Shown: one piece after another, positions 9,202 through 18,943 of the stretch
How positions within the stretch are numbered: the first letter of the stretch is position 1
Layout of the letters: each line of letters starts with the position of its first letter
From: Nitrosopumilus maritimus SCM1
Lineage (GTDB): Archaea > Thermoproteota > Nitrososphaeria > Nitrososphaerales > Nitrosopumilaceae
Length of the DNA stretch: 32,000 bases
Reading direction: 5' to 3'
Assembly: GCF_000018465.1 (NCBI RefSeq)
Contig: NC_010085.1
Span: forward strand, 60,001 to 92,000
Notes under the pieces: model-generated
Databases searched by the model: none
Told to the model about the DNA's origin: nothing
The model's input: only the letters and a program-made list of their open reading frames with translations
Position numbers and translations under genes: made by a program

Positions 9202-10256
9202 TTCTCAATCCTCGCTATTGCTATAGTCAAATTTGGTGGGAATTTCTGCTTTTCTACAATTAATTTGCCATTTGACACTAGAATTGCTGCAGCCTCTGAA
9301 ACACTGGCTGTTCCTTCAAATGCTTTTACAGTATCTGAAGGATTAGGGGCTGTAACTTTAGCCAAATCTTCTCTATTTACATATTCGACTGGAACTCCCA
9401 TCTCTTTTCCAGCATCAATTAATCCTTGTACATCTTCAGGTTTTTTTATAGAAACTAGTTTTGCTATTGATTTTGGACTGAGTTTAAATTTATCAAGACA
9501 ATCATTAATTCCTTCTTTGATAGTTTCTTTTGATGTATCCCAATGCAAACCTATTCCAATTACTAAACTTAGTGGTCTGTAAACAACTGATTCAGATGCT
9601 AGATCATCGTCAATGATTTTATCTGAAATTATTAAATTTGCTTTTGATTTTGAATTTTTTAATTCGTTTATAGTGTTGTATAGTGAAACATTTTTTGGTA
9701 ATTGTTTATACCAATTTTTTTCACCTGTTTCTTGAAAAACTCCTATTGGTTCTTCATTTACCATGTGTGCACTAATTCTAGTAACATTAGAGTCATCATC
9801 AATCTTCCAACCAAAGTCTCTTCCGACCAAATCAACAGCAATAGTTTTGTTTACGTCAGCAGCTGTAGTGATTACTGGTTGTGCTTGTAATTTTTCTGCA
9901 ATTTTTTCAGTAAGTTCATTTGCACCACCAATATGTCCAGATAATACACTAATTACAAAATTTGTTTTATCATCAATCACAATTACAGCAGGATCTGTTT
10001 TCTTGTCTTTTAGATGAGGTGCTATTAATCGAATCACTGCACCTAGAGAAAATAAGCATATTATTGCATCATTATTTTTGAAAAGTTCAACAATTTTCTC
10101 TGATGTGGGCTCTGAATACCATGTGATTGAGTCATTTTGATTAGAAAATTTATCAGGTGCAAAAATGCTCCATTCTGGAAAAAATTCTTTTAGAGTTTGA
10201 CCAATCTTTATACCATTTTTAGTAATAGAAAGAACTGAAATTTTTTCCATATTCAA
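9198..10256 (-). CDS. cbiG: Cobalt-precorrin-5A hydrolase
   Basis: ICLFSLGAVIRLIAPHLKDKKTDPAVIVIDD..FVISVLSGHIGGANELT and C-terminal GIGLHWDTSKETI...EGTASVSEAAA. Confidence 0.93.
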   Translation of the reverse strand: MNMEKISVLSITKNGIKIGQTLKEFFPEWSIFAPDKFSNQNDSITWYSEPTSEKIVELFKNNDAIICLFSLGAVIRLIAPHLKDKKTDPAVIVIDDKTNFVISVLSGHIGGANELTEKIAEKLQAQPVITTAADVNKTIAVDLVGRDFGWKIDDDSNVTRISAHMVNEEPIGVFQETGEKNWYKQLPKNVSLYNTINELKNSKSKANLIISDKIIDDDLASESVVYRPLSLVIGIGLHWDTSKETIKEGINDCLDKFKLSPKSIAKLVSIKKPEDVQGLIDAGKEMGVPVEYVNREDLAKVTAPNPSDTVKAFEGTASVSEAAAILVSNGKLIVEKQKFPPNLTIAIARIEN

Positions 10257-10281
10257 AACTTTGTTGATTTAATAAAATACC

Positions 10282-11367
10282 TTACCCTTTTGGTTCTCTT
10301 GCCAAAATGTTTCCCTCAAAATCAAATAATATGACATCAATCGGAACTTTTTCTTCACTGTGCTTTCTCATATGTTTATACACTTCAGCGCAAATTAACT
10401 CAAAAAATCCACTCACATTATTTTCTTGTATAATTTCTGAAACATGTCTTGCAGTATTCGCTTTTTTAATATCATCAATAATTTTTTTATCTGCGTTGAC
10501 TTTTCTTGCCAATTCTGCTAGAAAGTTCATATCAACTTTGGAACCTTTAACATGAGTTTGTTTTACTCCTGCTGCCATCTTTGCCAGTTTTCCAATAAAT
10601 CCAACCACGTATGCCTTTTTGATATTTTTCCTACCGCATTGTTGAATTGTGTAACCTGAAAAATCCCCCATTTGTACAAAACAATGTTCTGGAAGATCTA
10701 CGATCTTTTTTGCAAAGTCTTCACTTCTTCCTCCAGTTGTTAATACTACTGTATCATTTCCCATAGCAATTGATACATCCAAGTTTTGTCTAATGGATGC
10801 TGCATATGATGCAGTTGAAAATGGGATTACTATTCCACTTGTACCTAAAATTGAAATTCCTTCTTTGATGCCTATTCTAGGATTATCCGTTTTAGGTCCT
10901 AATTCTTTACCTTTTGGAACTGATATTTCAACTCTAATTCCTTTTTTATGCAGAATATCGCTGCCTATTTCTTGAAGATTTTCTGTAATCATTTTTTTTG
11001 GAACAGGATTTATGGCTGGTTTGTTAATTTCTAAACCTAAACCAGGTTTAGTAACTATGCCTACTCCTTCTCCCCCATCAATTTCAATTTGCTTTTTGTT
11101 TTCATTAAATGTTAATTCAACTATAATTTCAGCACCATGTGTGACATCGGGATCGTCTCCCCCATCTTTTATTACAGAGCATTTTGCTTTGTTTTTTTCA
11201 AATTCACATGAATTTACAGGAATCTTAATGGTGGTTTTCTTAGGTAAGGTAATTTCAACCTCTTCAATTTTTTGTTGTTTGATAATTGATAATAAAGCCG
11301 CTTTTGATGCTGCAGTGGCAGAACTCCCTGTTGTGTACCCTGTTCTGAGTTTTTTCTCTTCTGCCAC
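10282..11367 (-). CDS. cbiD: Cobalt-precorrin-5B C(1)-methyltransferase
   Basis: RTGYTTGSSATAASKAAL, DPDVTHGAEI, TTGGRSEDFAK, GFIGKLAKMAAGVKQTH motifs. Confidence 0.95.
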   Translation of the reverse strand: MAEEKKLRTGYTTGSSATAASKAALLSIIKQQKIEEVEITLPKKTTIKIPVNSCEFEKNKAKCSVIKDGGDDPDVTHGAEIIVELTFNENKKQIEIDGGEGVGIVTKPGLGLEINKPAINPVPKKMITENLQEIGSDILHKKGIRVEISVPKGKELGPKTDNPRIGIKEGISILGTSGIVIPFSTASYAASIRQNLDVSIAMGNDTVVLTTGGRSEDFAKKIVDLPEHCFVQMGDFSGYTIQQCGRKNIKKAYVVGFIGKLAKMAAGVKQTHVKGSKVDMNFLAELARKVNADKKIIDDIKKANTARHVSEIIQENNVSGFFELICAEVYKHMRKHSEEKVPIDVILFDFEGNILAREPKG

Positions 11368-11457
11368 AAACTGATGTAATCATTTTACTGTATTAACTCT
11401 TGTTTACCATTTTTGATTTTCAAAATAGATTTAAAATAAAAACTACTTGGAATTTCT

Positions 11458-12327
11458 ATGGAAAAACCTCTTCAAATAGTAATTACTGGAGCCAGTGGAT
11501 TTGTGGCAAAAAATCTTAGAAAATATTTGTCTGAGAAAAATATTCATCTGATTTCAATATCTAGAAAAAACTTCAAACCATTCAAAAATGAAACTAAAAT
11601 TATTTCCAAAACCTATGAGGAACAATTACTTTTGCCAAAAATAAAAAATTCATATGCATTAATTCATCTTGTGGGAATTGGAAAACAGTCCACAAAAACT
11701 GATTATGAATCAATCAATGTTCAATTAACACAAAAAATTGTCAATTTATCAAAAAAGGCAAAAATCAAAAAACTCGTTTATACAAGTGGATTGGGAGTAT
11801 TTGCTGATACTACTATGGGGTATTTTATCTCAAAATTCAAGGCTGAAACATCTATTATTGATTCAAAAATTGATTACACAATTTTTCGACCTTCCTATAT
11901 TGTAGGTAAAGATGATCTTTTCACAAAATATCTAAAAAAATCTATTAAAAAAAATCAAATCATTATTCCCGGGTCTGGAAAATATTTGATACAGCCAATT
12001 TCTATAGGAGATGTTACAAAATTGATTTTCCAATCAATTATTGATAAGAGATTTAAAAATAAAACATTAGATCTTGTGGGTCCTGAAATAATCTCATTTA
12101 AGAAATACATTCAACTGTACTTACAAAAGAAAAAAACTAAACTATATCACATTGATATTGAAGATGCTTATCGTCTTGCCTTAACTAACTCAGAATTTGA
12201 TTATGGTGTAGATGATCTAAATATTCTAGTTGGAAATTTTGTTGGAGATCACAAAAAACTTAGAAATCTCTCAAAAATGAATTTTCAGTCAGTAAAAGAA
12301 TTGTTAAAGACCGGCGCCTTGCTTTAG
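11458..12327 (+). CDS. NAD(P)-dependent epimerase/dehydratase (extended SDR, NDUFA9-like)
   Basis: Rossmann motif [31 protein letters not shown]. Confidence 0.8.
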   Translation: MEKPLQIVITGASGFVAKNLRKYLSEKNIHLISISRKNFKPFKNETKIISKTYEEQLLLPKIKNSYALIHLVGIGKQSTKTDYESINVQLTQKIVNLSKKAKIKKLVYTSGLGVFADTTMGYFISKFKAETSIIDSKIDYTIFRPSYIVGKDDLFTKYLKKSIKKNQIIIPGSGKYLIQPISIGDVTKLIFQSIIDKRFKNKTLDLVGPEIISFKKYIQLYLQKKKTKLYHIDIEDAYRLALTNSEFDYGVDDLNILVGNFVGDHKKLRNLSKMNFQSVKELLKTGALL

Positions 12328-13479
12328 TGCATCTACTTTGTTTGTTTTTTCCCAGCCAAATTCTGGCTCATTTCTTCCGAAATGACCATATGATGCTGTT
12401 TTTTTGTAAATTGGTCTTTTCAGATCTAGTTGAGAAACAATTCCTGATGGTTTCATATCAAAATTCTTTCTGACTAAATCTTCAATTTGATTTTCCGGAA
12501 TTTTGTTTGTTCCAAAAGTGTTTACGTATAATGATACTGGTTCTGCAACTCCAATTGCATATGCAAGTTGAACTTCACATCTATCTGCAAGACCTGCTGC
12601 AACCAAATTCTTTGCAATATATCTACACATGTAACAAGCTGATCTGTCTACTTTTGAAGGGTCTTTACCAGAGAAAGCGCCCCCACCATGTCTTCCAAAA
12701 CCACCATAGGTATCTACAATAATTTTTCTTCCAGTAAGACCTGCATCTCCATGTGGCCCTCCAATCACAAATTTTCCAGTTGGATTAATGTGAATTTTGA
12801 TATTATCATTCCATAGATCTCCTAGTACTGGCTTGATAACTTTATCAATGATTTCGTTTTTGATTTCTTCTTGAGAAATTTCTGGTGCATGTTGAGTAGA
12901 GACTACTACGGTTTCAATTCCAGTAGGTTTGTTATCTTCATATCTTACAGATACTTGTGATTTTCCATCTGGTCTTACCCATGGTAGTGTTTTGTCTCTT
13001 CTTACTTCAGATAATTTTTGAATTAGTTTATGTGCTAACAAAATTGGCATAGGCATGAATTCTTGAGTTTCATTTGTTGCATATCCGAACATTAATCCTT
13101 GATCCCCTGCACCTTGTTCTTTTTCTTCAGTTGCAGTAACACCTTGACTAATATCGGGACTTTGAGAATGTAATCTTAAATTTACTTGACAAGTATCTGC
13201 ATCAAACATCAAATCTTTATTGTCATATCCAATCTCTCTAATGGTTTTTCTAACTAATTCTTCTTGTGCTTTTTTATCCAAATTAGCTTTTGATGTAACT
13301 TCTCCTGAGACTGCAACAAAATCAGTTGTTACCATTGTTTCAACTGCAACTCTTGAATCTGGATCTTGTTTGAGAAATTCATCTAAAAATGCATCTGAAA
13401 TATTATCGCAAACTTTGTCTGGATGTCCTTCTGTTACTGATTCCGATGTAAACAGAAAATTATTTGTCATAAAACTCAC
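12304..13479 (-). CDS. metK: S-adenosylmethionine synthetase, bacterial/eukaryal-type MetK
   Basis: [79 protein letters not shown]. Confidence 0.96.
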   Translation of the reverse strand: MSFMTNNFLFTSESVTEGHPDKVCDNISDAFLDEFLKQDPDSRVAVETMVTTDFVAVSGEVTSKANLDKKAQEELVRKTIREIGYDNKDLMFDADTCQVNLRLHSQSPDISQGVTATEEKEQGAGDQGLMFGYATNETQEFMPMPILLAHKLIQKLSEVRRDKTLPWVRPDGKSQVSVRYEDNKPTGIETVVVSTQHAPEISQEEIKNEIIDKVIKPVLGDLWNDNIKIHINPTGKFVIGGPHGDAGLTGRKIIVDTYGGFGRHGGGAFSGKDPSKVDRSACYMCRYIAKNLVAAGLADRCEVQLAYAIGVAEPVSLYVNTFGTNKIPENQIEDLVRKNFDMKPSGIVSQLDLKRPIYKKTASYGHFGRNEPEFGWEKTNKVDALKQGAGL

Positions 13480-13485
13480 TACCTA

Positions 13486-13731
13486 CTAGAGTTCATTTTC
13501 TAGTTTAATGAATAATACGTTGTTACCTCTTACGATAACTCTACCATAATTTGCGATAGTCTTACCTTCATGTAATTCCTCAGCATCTGTCATAATCAAA
13601 TTCATGTATGAGTCAACATTATCCATTTTACCTTTGTATTCAACTTCATTCTTTAGTCTTACAGTAACTTTCTTCTTTGTGCTTTTTTGAAGAGTTGTTA
13701 GAGGTCTTTTTGCGCTATTTGATTGAGACAC
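13486..13731 (-). CDS. Sm-like (LSM) archaeal protein
   Basis: VTVRLKNEVEYKGKMDNVDSYMNLIMTDAEE...GRVIVRGNNVLFI matches Sm1 and Sm2 motifs. Confidence 0.92.
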   Translation of the reverse strand: MSQSNSAKRPLTTLQKSTKKKVTVRLKNEVEYKGKMDNVDSYMNLIMTDAEELHEGKTIANYGRVIVRGNNVLFIKLENEL

Positions 13732-13839
13732 TAATTGTTCACTTGTTTTGCAACTTTGTTCTCTAGAATAAAAGCCTTACCTCCTTTGAAGAAATAGAAA
13801 TTCCTTAAATTTTTTCTTCTTTTTCTAATAATAACACTC

Positions 13840-14493
13840 ATGATCTCAACTGGTTTGGAAAAATTAGACAAATCTCTCTTCGGAGGAATTCCTAATGGTG
13901 TAATTGTAGATATTTTTGGAAAAAATGGAACAGGAAAAACCCAACTATTATTACAATTAGCAATAAATTCCATCAAAAAAGGTGGTCATGTTTTGTATTT
14001 TGATACAACAGGTGGATTTAGACCTGAAAGAATTTTGGATATTCAAAAAGAATCTGAATCTCAATCAGATTTTCTTAATCAAATTACAGTTTCACGGTTA
14101 ACTAATACCTCTGAACAAATTAATTCAATAAAAAATATTGAAAGGAATTTTTCATTAATTGTAATTGATAATATAACTGATTTATTTTCTTATGAATACC
14201 AAAAAGATGAATCTATTTTTGAGAAAAATTCTTTGTTTATGAAATACATGCATGATTTAGCTAATTTTGCAATATCAAATAGAATTCCTATTGTTGTAAC
14301 TAATATGATAAGAAATCTGGAAGGAAAAGAAATTGAAAATATGAAAAGTGCAATTGATCCATTTACACACATCAAAATACATCTAACAAAAAATTCATCA
14401 AAATTTGATGGTAAAATTTATTCTCCGTTTATAGAAAATTCATTTTCTTACACCATTGATAAATTAGGATTGTCTCCTTCTGAAGATATTTAA
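13840..14493 (+). CDS. radB: RecA/RadA-superfamily ATPase, RadB-like
   Basis: STGLEKLDKSLFGGIPNGVIVDIFGKNGTGKTQLLLQL (Walker A), SLIVIDNITDLF (Walker B), RIPIVVTNMI; short (217 aa) single-domain form. Confidence 0.78.
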   Translation: MISTGLEKLDKSLFGGIPNGVIVDIFGKNGTGKTQLLLQLAINSIKKGGHVLYFDTTGGFRPERILDIQKESESQSDFLNQITVSRLTNTSEQINSIKNIERNFSLIVIDNITDLFSYEYQKDESIFEKNSLFMKYMHDLANFAISNRIPIVVTNMIRNLEGKEIENMKSAIDPFTHIKIHLTKNSSKFDGKIYSPFIENSFSYTIDKLGLSPSEDI

Positions 14494-14515
14494 CGGTCAA
14501 TGAGGAAGTTTACTC

Positions 14516-14635
14516 ATGACAGATATTTTTGATGTTCTCCCAAACATGACTATTGTCCTATTTATTCTTGGATTAGTTGGTGTATTTGTTTATGAAAGAT
14601 CCCGTTCTAACAAAACAGATGAATCCAATTCCTGA
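14516..14635 (+). CDS. Small single-TM protein candidate (39 aa, absent from the ORF track)
   Basis: Manual translation: MTDIFDVLPNMTIVLFILGLVGVFVYERSRSNKTDESNS*. Hydrophobic helix followed by a basic/polar tail; fills the radB-lhr gap and overlaps the helicase start. Confidence 0.45.
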   Translation: MTDIFDVLPNMTIVLFILGLVGVFVYERSRSNKTDESNS

Positions 14636-17333
14636 ATCTCTGTTTGAGAATTTTGGTTTTTCCAATCTAACTGAAATTCAAAAAAAGGCTTCACCAATAA
14701 TTTTACAAAAAAAAGATTGTCTAGTTATTGCTCCTACTGGTTCTGGAAAGACAGAATGTTCTGTAATACCAATATTTTCTTTATTGAAAAATACTAAAAA
14801 GCCTGGAAAAATAAAAACTCTTTACATTACTCCATTACGTGCATTAAATCGAGATGTTTTTCGAAGAATTACAAAATATGCTCATCAAAGTGAACTTTCT
14901 ATTGAAATTAGACATGGTGATACAACACAAAAAGATAGAAAAAAAATTACTGAAAACCCTCCTGATGTACTAATTACAACTCCTGAAACTTTGGTAATTC
15001 TTTTGACTCAAGTCAAGTATCTTGATGCATTCTCAGAATTAGAGTGGATTGTAGTAGATGAAGTGCACGAGCTACTGTCTAGTGAAAGAGGTACTCAACT
15101 TTCTCTAAGTGTTGAGAGATTGGAATTTAATTCCGAATTACCACTTACAAAAATAGGGTTATCTGCTACTGTTGGAAATTTTGAAGAGGCAGGAAAATTT
15201 GTTGTTGGTACTAAAAGAAAATGTGAGATAATCAGAGATACTTCAGTGAGAAAATATGATGTAGAAGTAAAATATGTAGATGGAACAATTTCTGATGTAG
15301 CAGAAAAAATTATTGAACATGTCTCTAACTTGAATTTGGATTCCCCTGTTCTTTTGTTTACAAATACTAGAGGTGAATCAGAATTTTTAGCCTCAATCCT
15401 CAAAGAAAAATCCATTATTCCAATTGAATTACATCATGGTTCTCTTTCAAAAGAAGTTAGAGAAGAAACTGAACAAAATTTACGTGAAGGAAAAAGAGGT
15501 ATTGTTGTTTGTACATCTTCACTAGAATTAGGATTGGATATTGGTTCAGTTGAATTAGTCATCCATTATGGTTCACCTAGACAGGTATCAAAATTAGTTC
15601 AAAGAATAGGTCGAAGTAGACATAATCGTAATGCATCTGCTAAGGGATTAATCATTACAAACAACTCTGATGATGAATTTGAAGCACAAGCAATTCTTCA
15701 AAGAATTCAGGAAGGCTCTATTGAAGAGCAAAAAATCCATGATGGTTCACTTGATGTCTTAGCACATCACTTGGTTGGACTAACAATGCAAATTGGAGAA
15801 ATCTCAATTGACAAAGCATTTGATTTGATAAAAAAGGCTTATCCATTTAGAAATTTAAAATTAGAAGAACTTGTAGATGTTTTAGATTTACTTGATTCAA
15901 ATTATTTGATCTTTTTTGATAGAACAAAGATGACTTTTTGGAAGAAAGGCCGTTCGTTCAAATATTATTTTGAAAATCTTTCTACAATTCCTGATATACT
16001 CAAATTCAAAGTTTTTGATAGTGTAGGAAAAAAAATCATTGGAACACTAGATCAACGATTTGTAGGTGATTATGGTGATTCAGGAAATATTTTTGTGCTC
16101 AAGGGCTCACAATGGAGAATTCTAAATGTTGACGAGAAATCATTTACAGTAAATGTTGAGCCATTTCGAGGTGGAGGAATTACTGTTCCTTATTGGGAAG
16201 GCGAGAATATCCCTATTGACTACAAAACTGCCAGAAAGGTGGGTAATTTTAGAAGTAAAGTGAGAAATGGCTCATTACAATTAACAAACAAAACAATTGA
16301 ACAACTAAATTTTAATGAAATTTCTGAAGAAAATAATGTTGTAGTTGAATCTAATAGATCTCAAGGCTCAATTGTAATTCATTCTTGTTTTGGTACAAAA
16401 ATCAATTCCACTCTTTCAACATTACTTTCTTCCATGTTATCTTCTATGTTAGGTTCTGTTGTAGATTCTCGTTCTGATGGATATAGAATTGTTTTATCTT
16501 CTAGATCACGAATTTCAGAAAAATTATTTCTTGAGATTCTAAAAGATGATTATGATTTATTTTCAATGGTTACAGCATCTCTTGCTGGTACTCATAATGT
16601 TAATTGGAGAACTTGGTGTGTTGCAAAAAAATTTGGTATTGTAGGTAGAGGTGCAGTCTATGAAAGAAAGTCTGCTCGATTTTTATATGAAAGATATGCA
16701 AAAACTGCACTTGTACAAGAAGCATTACGTGAATTATTTCATGATAAATATGATCTTAAAAACACTGACAAACTTCTAAAAGAAATTCGTGACGATCAAA
16801 TTCATGTAAAATGGTTAGAAGTTGATCAATTCTCGAAATTGGCAGAACCAATCTTGGATCATACTTCAAAATATTATTCTTCTCCTGCAAATCTTGATAA
16901 AGGAATTTTAGATCTTGTAAAAGCTCGACTTGAAAAAACAAAACATCGCTTAATCTGTGCTAGATGTGGAAAATGGGAACGTGTAGTTGAAACAAATGAA
17001 GTAAAAAATATCTTGATTTGTCCTTATTGTAAAGGGAGACAAATCACTGCGACATTTTATTCTGATTATGATCTTCCTAAAATTATTCGAAAAAAACATG
17101 AAGGCAAAAAATTGACTAGTGAAGAAAAACATAAGGTAGATCGTGCCTGGAAAGTCTCTTCTCTGGTGGAAAATTTTGGTAAAATTGCAATTATTGTCAT
17201 GTCTGGTTATGGTGTAGGTGCAGACACTGCTGCACGAATTTTACGAAATATGGTTGATGAAGAACATTTATTCAAACAAATCTATGAAGCAGAAAGACAG
17301 TATGTAGTTACTAGAGGCTTTTGGGATTCCTAA
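14577..17333 (+). CDS. lhr: Lhr-type DEAD/DEAH-box ATP-dependent helicase; likely start ATG at 14592 or 14619
   Basis: APTGSGKTE, TPLRALNRD, VVDEVHELLSSERG, SATVGNFEE, TRGESEFLA, SSLELGLDIGSVELVIHYGSPRQVSKLVQRIGRSRH; C-terminal zinc ribbon CARCGKW...CPYCKG. Confidence 0.93.
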   Translation: MVYLFMKDPVLTKQMNPIPESLFENFGFSNLTEIQKKASPIILQKKDCLVIAPTGSGKTECSVIPIFSLLKNTKKPGKIKTLYITPLRALNRDVFRRITKYAHQSELSIEIRHGDTTQKDRKKITENPPDVLITTPETLVILLTQVKYLDAFSELEWIVVDEVHELLSSERGTQLSLSVERLEFNSELPLTKIGLSATVGNFEEAGKFVVGTKRKCEIIRDTSVRKYDVEVKYVDGTISDVAEKIIEHVSNLNLDSPVLLFTNTRGESEFLASILKEKSIIPIELHHGSLSKEVREETEQNLREGKRGIVVCTSSLELGLDIGSVELVIHYGSPRQVSKLVQRIGRSRHNRNASAKGLIITNNSDDEFEAQAILQRIQEGSIEEQKIHDGSLDVLAHHLVGLTMQIGEISIDKAFDLIKKAYPFRNLKLEELVDVLDLLDSNYLIFFDRTKMTFWKKGRSFKYYFENLSTIPDILKFKVFDSVGKKIIGTLDQRFVGDYGDSGNIFVLKGSQWRILNVDEKSFTVNVEPFRGGGITVPYWEGENIPIDYKTARKVGNFRSKVRNGSLQLTNKTIEQLNFNEISEENNVVVESNRSQGSIVIHSCFGTKINSTLSTLLSSMLSSMLGSVVDSRSDGYRIVLSSRSRISEKLFLEILKDDYDLFSMVTASLAGTHNVNWRTWCVAKKFGIVGRGAVYERKSARFLYERYAKTALVQEALRELFHDKYDLKNTDKLLKEIRDDQIHVKWLEVDQFSKLAEPILDHTSKYYSSPANLDKGILDLVKARLEKTKHRLICARCGKWERVVETNEVKNILICPYCKGRQITATFYSDYDLPKIIRKKHEGKKLTSEEKHKVDRAWKVSSLVENFGKIAIIVMSGYGVGADTAARILRNMVDEEHLFKQIYEAERQYVVTRGFWDS

Positions 17334-18730
17334 TTCTTTTTTGTAATTTTAGAAAATGCTGTTAAGAACATCTCTATTCTGCCTTCTAGTCCAGCTTTTG
17401 CATTAAGACCTGTTATTGAAACAATCTCCCCTAATTCACATTTGTCAATTAGTCTAGCTTGATTTCTCCATCCTTTTACCCAAATTTGTCCAGTGTCATC
17501 TTCGACAAACATTTCTGAAAGTGCAATTGATTCTCCAGTTTTTGTTTGTACTTCGCGTCTTTCTGGCACTTTCAAAATTATTGCTTCAATACAGTAATTA
17601 CCATCAACTTTAACATCATTAATCTTTGTTCTAATTTGAGATAATGAAGGAATACTTTCATCACTATCCAACTTTCTTACAAAAGAATTTTCATCAAGTG
17701 TAATTGAATTTCCATAAACTTTGGATGGCATGCATTCTATGACGTCTCCTTCTACACAAATACTGGTTGAATTTGATGAATCATTAATGTTGTAAAGATT
17801 CCTTTGATTATCTACCGCTAAAATCATGTTTCTTCCATTTTCTGTTGGTGACATTGAAAGAATTCTTGCAATTACTGGTTCTGCTTCTTTACCTCCTTCA
17901 ATCTCAATTATTGTTGCATCATTTCCATGAATTTCTAATCCTTGATTTCCAGATTTTACTTTGACACCAAGTAGTCTCACTTTAGCTGACTGTGAAATCA
18001 TATTTGGAATTGATGATTCATCTTTTCCCCATAACACTACTCTCATTCCACTGCCGTCTTTTCCTTTTAGCCTCATTCTCAAGGCTTTTCCAGGCATACC
18101 TCTAGAGTTTGTAAATTCCATACCGCTAATTACTCCATCAATTTCTCCTAAAACTACAAGATCTTTTTGACCTTCTTGCAACTCACTCACATCTTTTGTT
18201 ATTGTGTCTATTGTTGGAATTTCACTTGTAGAATCAGTAGCTTCTACATTTGAACCTGAACCAATGTTAATTGTTGGTGAACCATCAAGATCAGATTTAA
18301 CATAAGCTTTGATAATTTTAATCAAGTCTCCTGGTTTCAGATTTTCAATTCCAGGAAGATTTGCTTTATCATCCCATAACTTTACACTTGCTGTAGAATT
18401 TGCATCATCATATACTGTCATAGTTCTGAGATAAAATGGAGAACCATCTTTTCTTGAAAATTGTTTTGCAGGTGATAAATTCAATACTCTAGTTTCTAAT
18501 GAAATTTCTTTTGCTCCTGCATAGAGATCTTTCAAACTCATTTCTACTTTTAGTGGCCCTGATAATGTAACCCCATAATCTGATGCAATCAAGAATAAAG
18601 CTCCTTGATCAGTTAGATACCCTGCACCAATTTTCTCTTTTTTTAATTTAATTTGCTCTTCAATAATTTCTTTAGTTAACTCTGGTTTTTGTTCAATTAA
18701 CTTTTCAACTAGACTATCAAATTCCGACAA
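17330..18730 (-). CDS. rpa: Replication protein A-like single-stranded DNA-binding protein with multiple OB folds
   Basis: Repeated OB-fold segments (e.g. VLNLSPAKQFSRKDGSPFYLRTMTVYDDANSTASVKLWDDKA; DLVVLGEIDGVISGMEFTNSRG...MRLKGKDGSGMRVVLWG; ETGESIALSEMFVEDDTGQIWVKGWRNQA). Confidence 0.88.
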   Translation of the reverse strand: MSEFDSLVEKLIEQKPELTKEIIEEQIKLKKEKIGAGYLTDQGALFLIASDYGVTLSGPLKVEMSLKDLYAGAKEISLETRVLNLSPAKQFSRKDGSPFYLRTMTVYDDANSTASVKLWDDKANLPGIENLKPGDLIKIIKAYVKSDLDGSPTINIGSGSNVEATDSTSEIPTIDTITKDVSELQEGQKDLVVLGEIDGVISGMEFTNSRGMPGKALRMRLKGKDGSGMRVVLWGKDESSIPNMISQSAKVRLLGVKVKSGNQGLEIHGNDATIIEIEGGKEAEPVIARILSMSPTENGRNMILAVDNQRNLYNINDSSNSTSICVEGDVIECMPSKVYGNSITLDENSFVRKLDSDESIPSLSQIRTKINDVKVDGNYCIEAIILKVPERREVQTKTGESIALSEMFVEDDTGQIWVKGWRNQARLIDKCELGEIVSITGLNAKAGLEGRIEMFLTAFSKITKKN

Positions 18731-18943
18731 TTCATAATTGCTACCTTTATTCTATTAATAAAAATTTCATTATCTCCTATCATTTTATTTACATAAAATT
18801 AGATCGCATAATTGTTAATTTCAAATTGTCATCCTCAAATTTTTCTTATTTTGAATATATTGTCTCATAATTGACTTGACTACTGCAAAATCTACGGTTA
18901 AACCACTGATTAACTAAATTAGTAGGATGATCGCAGTTTCGTT

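Noticed and set aside
5859-11367. Cobalamin riboswitch controlling the cob/cbi genes
   Set aside because: The relevant intergenic gaps are short (87 bp, 25 bp, 90 bp), and I found no B12-box-like structured leader by eye.
13731-13976. 81-aa minus-strand ORF directly upstream of the LSM gene
   Set aside because: Largely antisense to the 5' end of the radB-like gene, including its Walker A region, with no recognisable domain.
13840-18730. radB-like / lhr / rpa cluster as a new DNA-defence island
   Set aside because: All are housekeeping archaeal DNA-repair or replication families; rpa is convergent, and there is no nuclease, toxin or mobile-element context.
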